From IMG/VR virus record IMGVR_UViG_2693429748_000011: a DNA stretch of 4,541 bases. One strand, written 5' to 3'. Below the pieces are notes generated by a model. It did no database searches. It was given only the letters and a program-made list of their open reading frames with translations, and was not told where the DNA came from. Every line of letters starts with the position of its first letter. Positions within the stretch are counted from its first letter, which is position 1. Origin of the DNA: a virus. Lineage: Duplodnaviria > Heunggongvirae > Uroviricota > Caudoviricetes. Positions 1 through 4,541 of this stretch are shown here, one piece after another. The position numbers and the translations under genes were made by a program.

Positions 1-82
1 CCAGAACGGGTGGAATTATAGTGCACCTGCACCTCATAAAACGGGTGCCGGGATTGCTACCCCGAAGTCATTCACGGCGCAT

Positions 83-105
83 AACCGCGCTCAGGCGGTT
101 TTTTT
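83..105 (+). terminator. Putative rho-independent terminator (short GC stem followed by T7 tract) ending an upstream + strand transcript
   Basis: aaccgc(83-88) pairs with gcggtt(95-100) around a 6-nt loop, followed by a run of seven T ending at 105. Stem is only 6 bp, so moderate confidence. Confidence 0.4.
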
Positions 106-271
106 ATGCGTAATGCACAGCCACATTCAAATTATGGTGGGGCGTGCGGGGCAGTCGCAAGACTGGCCGGGTTCCGTGATGACCGGTTGTAGCAACCCTG
201 TACGTCTCACCACCCATGAGATTGCTACCTCCGGTGGTGAGTTAATCAAATTCATCGCGGAGGCTGCCATC

Positions 272-445
272 ATGGCTACTACCCTTTCTCACCCTTGTGT
301 AACCGTAGAAAACGGTCGCGCTGTCACTACGTCTGTTGCGGTTGCAGAGTTCTTCCACAAACGACACGACAATGTGTTACGTGCCATCGCAAATATTGAA
401 TGCTCAGATAAATTTACTGCCCTCAATTTTGAAGCGAGCGAATAC
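272..445 (+). CDS. Rha-family phage regulatory protein (antirepressor-like), 5' portion; reading frame runs into N gap
   Basis: ATG at 272 preceded by GGAGG (259-263, 8-nt spacing). Translation MATTLSHPCVTVENGRAVTTSVAVAEFFHKRHDNVLRAIANIECSDKFTALNFEASEY contains the KRHDNVLR..I motif recalled from the phage Rha domain. The six-frame ORF extends upstream to 113 but has no RBS there. Incomplete: ends at the gap. Confidence 0.65.
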
Positions 446-458
446 NNNNNNNNNNNNN
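446..458. other. Assembly gap / masked bases (13 N)
   Basis: Run of n characters; the coding frame of the Rha gene differs on the two sides. Confidence 0.95.
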
Positions 459-476
459 AACTGCGTAAGGCGTTAA

Positions 477-926
477 ATGTTGGATAAAATTCGCAATCTG
501 GACTGTTCAGCAAAATTCACTGAGCACAATTTTGTGTCGAGCGAATACACCGACTCAACCGGGCGCAAACTCCCAATGTACCAAATCACCAAAAACGGCT
601 TCGTTTTCCTGGTTATGGGCTTCACTGGCAAAAAAGCCGCTGCATTCAAAGAAGCCTACATTGCTGAGTTCGACCGCATGGAGGCCGAACTGCGCCAGAA
701 TAACACCCCACCTGCTGACAAGATGATTCCGGGTGATGGTCGCACTCTGGTTGTTCACTTCGACAAATTCGGCAATGTCGAATTCACCGAAACCGTTCCT
801 GATGGCGCACTGGTCTGTCCCCTGGAGACTTTCCGGTTTTATCTGGAAAAACAGGGATGGACTCTTGTTAACCGGGGCGCAATTAAAAATATGACTGTGG
901 AACAATTACTCAAAATTCATTGTTGA
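477..926 (+). CDS. Rha-family phage regulatory protein, C-terminal portion (N-terminally truncated as assembled; possible pseudogene or second paralog)
   Basis: Frame-0 translation from 477: ...IRNLDCSAKFTEHNFVSSEYTDSTGRKLPMYQITKNGFVFLVMGFTGKKAAAFKEAYIAEFDRMEAEL..., matching the Rha-domain core as recalled from memory. A stop codon lies immediately upstream in frame (NCVRR*). Stop TGA at 924-926. Confidence 0.65.
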   Translation: MLDKIRNLDCSAKFTEHNFVSSEYTDSTGRKLPMYQITKNGFVFLVMGFTGKKAAAFKEAYIAEFDRMEAELRQNNTPPADKMIPGDGRTLVVHFDKFGNVEFTETVPDGALVCPLETFRFYLEKQGWTLVNRGAIKNMTVEQLLKIHC

Positions 927-936
927 GGACGCAATA

Positions 937-1125
937 ATGGAGACGTTATTACCAAACGTTAATACGTCTGAAGGTTGTTTTGAAATTGGTGTCACTATCA
1001 GTAACCCTGTATTTACTGAAGATGCCATTAACAAGAGAAAACACGAACGGGAGCTATTAAATAAAATATGCATTGTTTCAATGCTGGCTCGTTTACGTCT
1101 GATGCCAAAAGGATGTGCACAATGA
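937..1125 (+). CDS. Hypothetical small protein (62 aa), first gene of a coupled pair downstream of Rha
   Basis: ATG 937 preceded by GAGGA (925-929). Stop TGA 1123-1125 overlaps the next start (ATGA). A second copy at 2208-2396 differs at 6 of 62 residues with the ORF intact. No recognisable motif. Confidence 0.5.
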   Translation: METLLPNVNTSEGCFEIGVTISNPVFTEDAINKRKHERELLNKICIVSMLARLRLMPKGCAQ

Positions 1126-1313
1126 ATACAGTATTTGCACTCGTTCTGACGGTTTTTCTTGTTTCCGGTGAACCGGTTGACATGGTTACTGGCGTATACA
1201 GCTCAATGAAAGAATGTATGACTGCCGCAGCGAAACAGAAAATTCCCGGTGACTGTTATCCGGTCGATAAAGTTATTCACCATGATAATAACGAAATCCC
1301 GGCAGGTCTTTAA
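1122..1313 (+). CDS. Hypothetical small exported/membrane-anchored protein (63 aa) with hydrophobic N-terminus and two conserved Cys
   Basis: ATG 1122 with AAGGA at 1109-1113 (8-nt spacing). MNTVFALVLTVFLVSG is a hydrophobic signal-peptide-like or TM segment; Cys32 and Cys45 are conserved in the divergent copy at 2393-2584. Roughly 10 synonymous substitutions between copies support real coding. The six-frame ORF start at 1068 lacks an RBS. Confidence 0.65.
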   Translation: MNTVFALVLTVFLVSGEPVDMVTGVYSSMKECMTAAAKQKIPGDCYPVDKVIHHDNNEIPAGL

Positions 1314-1347
1314 AACAGTTCCGTAATAAATATCCGGTTTCNCCAAC

Positions 1348-1851
1348 TTATTGATAGTGTTTTATGTTCAGATAATGCCCGATGACTTTGTCATGCAGCT
1401 CCACCGATTTTGAGAACGACAGCGACTTCCGTCCCAGCCGTGCCAGGTGCTGCCTCAGATTCAGGTTATGCCGCTCAATTCGCTGCGTATATCGCTTGCT
1501 GATTACGTGCAGCTTTCCCTTCAGGCGGGATTCATACAGCGGCCAGCCATCCGTCATCCATATCACCACGTCAAAGGGTGACAGCAGGCTCATAAGACGC
1601 CCCAGCGTCGCCATAGTGCGTTCACCGAATACGTGCGCAACAACCGTCTTCCGGAGACTGTCATACGCGTAAAACAGCCAGCGCTGGCGCGATTTAGCCC
1701 CGACATAGCCCCACTGTTCGTCCATTTCCGCGCAGACGATGACGTCACTGCCCGGCTGTATGCGCGAGGTTACCGACTGCGGCCTGAGTTTTTTAAGTGA
1801 CGTAAAATCGTGTTGAGGCCAACGCCCATAATGCGTGCAGTTGCCCGGCAT
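1348..1851 (-). CDS. insB: IS1 protein InsB (C-terminal catalytic part of InsAB' transposase)
   Basis: 167-aa translation [113 protein letters not shown]... matches IS1 InsB. Overlaps the insA 3' end in the -1 frame. Confidence 0.92.
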
Positions 1852-2045
1852 CCAACGCCATTCATGGCCATATCAATGATTTTCTGGTGCGTACCGGGTT
1901 GAGAAGCGGTGTAAGTGAACTGCAGTTGCCATGTTTTACGGCAGTGAGAGCAGAGATAGCGCTGATGTCCGGCAGTGCTTTTGCCGTTACGCACCACCCC
2001 GTCAGTAGCTGAACAGGAGGGACAGCTGATAGAAACAGAAGCCAC
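1770..2045 (-). CDS. insA: IS1 protein InsA (transposition repressor / N-terminal part of InsAB' transposase)
   Basis: 91-aa translation [91 protein letters not shown] matches IS1 InsA from memory. Confidence 0.95.
1788..1794 (-). other. IS1 programmed -1 ribosomal frameshift site (A6C slippery motif) in the insA/insB overlap
   Basis: + strand gtttttt is AAAAAAC on the coding (-) strand, inside the insA-insB overlap, as in canonical IS1. Confidence 0.8.
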
Positions 2046-2077
2046 TGGAGCACCTCAAAAACACCATCATACACTAA

Positions 2078-2100
2078 ATCAGTAAGTTGGCAGCATCACC
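2078..2100. repeat. IS1 terminal inverted repeat (IRL-type end), intact
   Basis: Reverse complement of 2078-2100 reads ggtgatgctgccaacttactgat. Confidence 0.85.
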
Positions 2101-2197
2101 TTTCCGGTTTTATCTGGAAGAACAGGGATGGACTCTTGTTAACCGGGGCGCAATTAAAAATATGACTGTAGAGCAATTACTCAAAATTCATTGTTGA
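2101..2197 (+). pseudogene. 3' remnant of a second Rha-family gene copy (last about 32 codons), beginning exactly at the IS1 boundary
   Basis: 2101-2197 aligns with 830-926 with about 4 nt differences, stays in frame (..FRFYLEEQGWTLVNRGAIKNMTVEQLLKIHC*), stop TGA 2195-2197. No upstream coding sequence: IS1 abuts at 2100. Confidence 0.6.
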
Positions 2198-2207
2198 GGA
2201 CGCGATA

Positions 2208-2396
2208 ATGGAAACGTTATTACCAAACGTTAATACGACTGAAGGTTGTTTTGAAATTGGTGTCACTATCAGTAACACGGTATTTACTGAAGATGCCATT
2301 AACAAGAGAAAACACGAACGGGAGTCATTAAATAAAATATGCATTGTTTCAATGCTGGCTCGTTTGCGTCTGATGCAAAAAGGATGCTGGCGATGA
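2208..2396 (+). CDS. Hypothetical small protein (62 aa), divergent second copy of the 937-1125 gene
   Basis: ATG 2208 with GAGGA upstream; 6 of 62 aa differ from copy A; ATGA overlap with the following gene is conserved. Confidence 0.5.
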   Translation: METLLPNVNTTEGCFEIGVTISNTVFTEDAINKRKHERESLNKICIVSMLARLRLMQKGCWR

Positions 2397-2584
2397 ATAC
2401 AGCATTTGCACTCGTTCTGACCGTTATTCTTAATACGGGCGAACCAGCTGAACTGGTTACCGGAGTATACAACTCCATGAAAGAATGCGTGGCTGCTGCA
2501 GCTGAACAGAAAATTCCCGGTAACTGTTATCCGGTTGATAAAATCATTCACCAGGATAATAAAGAAGTCCCGGCAGGTCTTTAA
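2393..2584 (+). CDS. Hypothetical small exported/membrane-anchored protein (63 aa), divergent allele of the 1122-1313 gene
   Basis: MNTAFALVLTVILNTGEPAELVTGVYNSMKECVAAAAEQKIPGNCYPVDKIIHQDNKEVPAGL; 16 of 63 aa differ from copy A, with the hydrophobic N-terminus and both Cys kept. AGGA RBS conserved. Confidence 0.65.
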   Translation: MNTAFALVLTVILNTGEPAELVTGVYNSMKECVAAAAEQKIPGNCYPVDKIIHQDNKEVPAGL

Positions 2585-2677
2585 AGCAGCCACGTAATAA
2601 ATATCCGGTTTCATTTTTATATGCCAGCAATGGCAGGGATTTGTTCACCCTTAAATCTGTAATGAGGTTAAAACAAA

Positions 2678-2740
2678 ATGAGTAAAGTCTTTATTTGCGC
2701 CGCCATTCCGGACGAAAAGGCAACAAAAGAAGAAGGCGCT
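2678..2740 (+). CDS. 5' fragment (first 21 codons) of a second copy of the 353-aa hypothetical protein gene, running into N gap
   Basis: 2664-2740 is identical to 3437-3513 (RBS region plus MSKVFICAAIPDEKATKEEGA). Truncated by the gap at 2741. Confidence 0.6.
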
Positions 2741-2788
2741 NNNNNNNNNNNNNNNNNNNNNNNNNNNNNNNNNNNNNNNNNNNNNNNN
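2741..2788. other. Assembly gap / masked bases (48 N)
   Basis: Run of n. Sequence context changes across it, from the 353-aa gene start to the middle of the small-gene pair. Confidence 0.95.
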
Positions 2789-2799
2789 GGATGTGCACA

Positions 2800-2991
2800 A
2801 TGAATACAGTATTTGCACTCGTTCTGACGGTTTTTCTTGTTTCCGGTGAACCGGTTGACATGGTTACTGGCGTATACAGCTCAATGAAAGAATGTATGAC
2901 TGCCGCAGCGAAACAGAAAATTCCCGGTGACTGTTATCCGGTCGATAAAGTTATTCACCATGATAATAACGAAATCCCGGCAGGTCTTTAA
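2800..2991 (+). CDS. Hypothetical small exported/membrane-anchored protein (63 aa), third copy, identical to 1122-1313
   Basis: 2789-3020 appears base-for-base identical to 1111-1341. The upstream partner gene is lost in the gap. Confidence 0.65.
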   Translation: MNTVFALVLTVFLVSGEPVDMVTGVYSSMKECMTAAAKQKIPGDCYPVDKVIHHDNNEIPAGL

Positions 2992-3075
2992 AACAGTTCC
3001 GTAATAAATATCCGGTTTCATTCTTATATGCCAGCAATGGCAGGGGTTCGCTCAACCTTAATTAAGGAGAAAAAC

Positions 3076-3351
3076 ATGATTACCAGTTATGAAGCCACTG
3101 TTGTAACTACTGATGACATTGTTCACGAGGTTAATCTGGAAGGAAAGCGTATTGGCTACGTGATTAAGACAGAAAATAAAGAAACCCCATTCACTGTGGT
3201 TGATATCGACGGTCCATCAGGCAACGTTAAAACACTTAACGATGGTGTAAAAAAAATGTGTCTGGTGCACATAGGAAAGAATCTGCCCGCAGAAAAAAAA
3301 GCCGAATTTCTGGCAACTCTGATTGCAATGAAATTAAAAGGTGAAATCTGA
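3076..3351 (+). CDS. Hypothetical protein (91 aa), moron-like accessory gene with its own RBS; function unknown
   Basis: ATG 3076 preceded by a strong AAGGAG (3064-3069, 6-nt spacing). MITSYEATVVTTDDIVHEVNLEGKRIGYVIKTENKETPFTVVDIDGPSGNVKTLNDGVKKMCLVHIGKNLPAEKKAEFLATLIAMKLKGEI. No signal peptide, Lys-rich. Followed by a palindrome at 3361-3381. Absent from the paralogous context at 2585-2677. Confidence 0.7.
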   Translation: MITSYEATVVTTDDIVHEVNLEGKRIGYVIKTENKETPFTVVDIDGPSGNVKTLNDGVKKMCLVHIGKNLPAEKKAEFLATLIAMKLKGEI

Positions 3352-3360
3352 AAAAAAGAA

Positions 3361-3381
3361 AGCCTGCACACTGTGCAGGCC
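3361..3381. terminator. Perfect palindromic stem-loop after the 91-aa gene; terminator-like (U-tract is on the minus-strand side)
   Basis: gcctgcac-act-gtgcaggc is an 8-bp GC-rich stem. On the + strand it follows an A-run (aaaaaaagaaa) and has no T-run after it; on the - strand it reads hairpin then tttcttttttt, a classic intrinsic terminator. It may terminate antisense transcription or stabilise the moron mRNA. Confidence 0.4.
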
Positions 3382-3450
3382 TGAGTGAAGAACCTGGGAC
3401 ATTTATTCATCACTCGCAGTAATTTTAATCTGAGTTGAGGTTAAAACAAA

Positions 3451-4512
3451 ATGAGTAAAGTCTTTATTTGCGCCGCCATTCCGGACGAAAAGGCAACAAA
3501 AGAAGAAGGCGCTAAACCTGTAGCCACTGCCATTGAAGCCGGCGACGAACGCCGCGCCCGCGCAAAATTTCACTGGCAATTCCTGGAACATTATCCGGCT
3601 GCTCAGGACTGCGCTTATAAATTTATTGTCTGCGAGGATAAACCTGGTATACCCCGCCCTGCCCTCGATTCCTGGGATGCTGAATATATGCAGGAAAACC
3701 GCTGGGATGAGGAGTCTGCTTCCTTTGTCCCGGTTGAGACTGAATCCGAACCGATGAACGTCACTTTTGACAAGCTGGCCCCTGAAGTACAGAACGCTGT
3801 CATGGTTAAGTTCGACACATGTGAAAACATCACCGTTGATATGGTGATTAGCGCGCAGGAACTGTTGCAGGAAGACATGGCAACATTCGACGGACATATC
3901 GTTGAAGCGTTGATGAAAATGCCAGAAGTTAACGCCATGTGTCCGGAGATTAAACTGCATGCCATCGGGTGGATTAAGCATAAATGTAAGCCTGGTGCAA
4001 AATGGCCAGAAATTCAGGCAGAGATGCGCATCTGGAAAAAATGTCGCGAAGGTGAACGCAAGGAAACCGGAAAATACACGTCTGTTGTTGATCTCGCCCG
4101 TGCCAGAGCCAATCAACAGCACACTGAAAATTCAACAGGAAAAATCAGCCCGGCCATTGCTGCCATTCATCGCGAATACAAGCAGACATGGAAAACACTG
4201 GATGACGAACTGGCCTACGCTCTCTGGCCTGGTGATGTGGATGCCGGAAACATTGACGGCAGCATCCATCGCTGGGCAAAAAATGAAGTTATCGACAACG
4301 ACCGCGAAGACTGGAAGCGTATCTCGGCATCAATGCGCAAACAGCCTGATGCCCTTCGCTACGACCGCCAGACTATTTTTGGCCTTGTCCGTGAACGTCC
4401 GATCGACATTCACAAAGACCCTGTGGCACTGAACAAATACATTACTGAATACCTGACTACAAAGGGCGTGTTTGAAGATGAAGGAACAAATCAGAGCGCA
4501 ACTGATACTTGA
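3451..4512 (+). CDS. Hypothetical prophage protein (353 aa), acidic, function unknown
   Basis: Long ORF with start ATG 3451 and GAGG at 3437-3440. The first 21 codons and RBS region are conserved in a second copy at 2664-2740. No Walker, HNH or obvious DNA-binding motif recognised by eye. Overlapping antisense ORFs judged spurious. Confidence 0.8.
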   Translation: MSKVFICAAIPDEKATKEEGAKPVATAIEAGDERRARAKFHWQFLEHYPAAQDCAYKFIVCEDKPGIPRPALDSWDAEYMQENRWDEESASFVPVETESEPMNVTFDKLAPEVQNAVMVKFDTCENITVDMVISAQELLQEDMATFDGHIVEALMKMPEVNAMCPEIKLHAIGWIKHKCKPGAKWPEIQAEMRIWKKCREGERKETGKYTSVVDLARARANQQHTENSTGKISPAIAAIHREYKQTWKTLDDELAYALWPGDVDAGNIDGSIHRWAKNEVIDNDREDWKRISASMRKQPDALRYDRQTIFGLVRERPIDIHKDPVALNKYITEYLTTKGVFEDEGTNQSATDT

Positions 4513-4541
4513 GGTGTACTGGCAATAGCGGACACTACCAT

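Larger units (their letters stand above)
1343..2100 (-). mobile_element. IS1 insertion sequence (IS1 family), insA/insB on minus strand; one terminal inverted repeat apparently truncated by about 10 bp
   Basis: Encodes canonical InsA and InsB. The 2078-2100 end is the reverse complement of the IS1 IRL (GGTGATGCTGCCAACTTACTGAT) as recalled from memory. The other end starts at CCAACTTATTGATAGTG, i.e. missing the first about 10 nt (GGTAATGACT) of the IRR; an ambiguous n sits at 1342. Span is 758 bp versus the canonical 768. Confidence 0.93.

Noticed and set aside
113-271. Upstream extension of the Rha ORF (six-frame ORF starts at ATG 113)
   Set aside because: No RBS at 113. The Rha-domain motif and a GGAGG RBS place the start at 272, and the extension would overlap the terminator-like hairpin region.
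289-513. 74-aa minus-strand ORF spanning the N gap
   Set aside because: Antisense to Rha, contains X residues from the gap, no start signals.
532-726. 64-aa plus-strand ORF in an alternative frame
   Set aside because: Lies inside the Rha gene in another frame; Pro/Ser/Ala-rich translation typical of off-frame reading.
555-905. 116-aa minus-strand ORF
   Set aside because: Entirely antisense to the Rha coding sequence; no RBS and no recognisable protein features.
1382-1672. 96-aa plus-strand ORF inside IS1
   Set aside because: Antisense to insB; not a known IS1 gene.
1862-2074. 70-aa minus-strand ORF inside IS1
   Set aside because: Alternative frame overlapping insA; not part of the canonical IS1 coding set.
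2177-2614. 145-aa minus-strand ORF over copy B of the small-gene pair
   Set aside because: Antisense to two genes that show a coding-type substitution pattern. The equivalent ORF is not maintained in copy A, so it is likely a chance ORF.
2641-2663. Possible sigma70 promoter (TTGTTC ... TGTAAT) upstream of the copy B 353-aa gene start
   Set aside because: The spacer between the hexamers is only about 11 bp, far from the 16-18 bp optimum, so it is not supportable as a promoter.
3028-3075. Longer start (ATG 3028) for the 91-aa moron gene
   Set aside because: No RBS at 3028, whereas ATG 3076 has a near-consensus AAGGAG at optimal spacing.
3156-3413. 85-aa minus-strand ORF
   Set aside because: Antisense to the 91-aa moron gene and the palindrome; no translation signals.
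3403-4122. 239-aa minus-strand ORF
   Set aside because: Completely overlaps the 353-aa + strand gene, which has the RBS and a start conserved in the second copy; antisense ORF judged spurious.
3533-4432. Nested ORFs (3533-3757 +, 3615-3965 -, 3959-4432 +) inside the 353-aa gene
   Set aside because: Alternative-frame or antisense ORFs within a longer, better-supported gene.
1-4541. CRISPR array, tRNA or rRNA genes
   Set aside because: No regularly spaced short direct repeats and no cloverleaf-like or rRNA-like sequence; the only repeats are the gene-scale paralogous blocks and IS1.

Overview
The window looks like a lambdoid-prophage accessory region from an enterobacterial (E. coli/Shigella-like) draft assembly, read entirely from the sequence without any database search. 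Reading left to right on the + strand: a terminator-like hairpin; a Rha-family phage regulatory (antirepressor-like) gene broken by a 13-N gap; a tightly coupled pair of small genes (62 aa and 63 aa, ATGA overlap); an IS1 element on the - strand (insA, insB, A6C frameshift site) that lacks about 10 bp of one terminal repeat; a second, roughly 90%-identical copy of the Rha 3' end plus the small-gene pair; a 48-N gap; a third copy of the second small gene identical to the first; a 91-aa gene with its own strong RBS and a downstream palindrome that is absent from the other copy (moron-like); and a 353-aa hypothetical protein. The most interesting candidates for an undescribed function are the 91-aa moron and the small-gene pair, whose exported second protein is a divergence hot-spot between copies. 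Major caveat: the repeat blocks, IS1 and N runs interleave two paralogous contexts, so the window may be a chimeric scaffold rather than one contiguous locus. No tRNA, rRNA or CRISPR array was seen.
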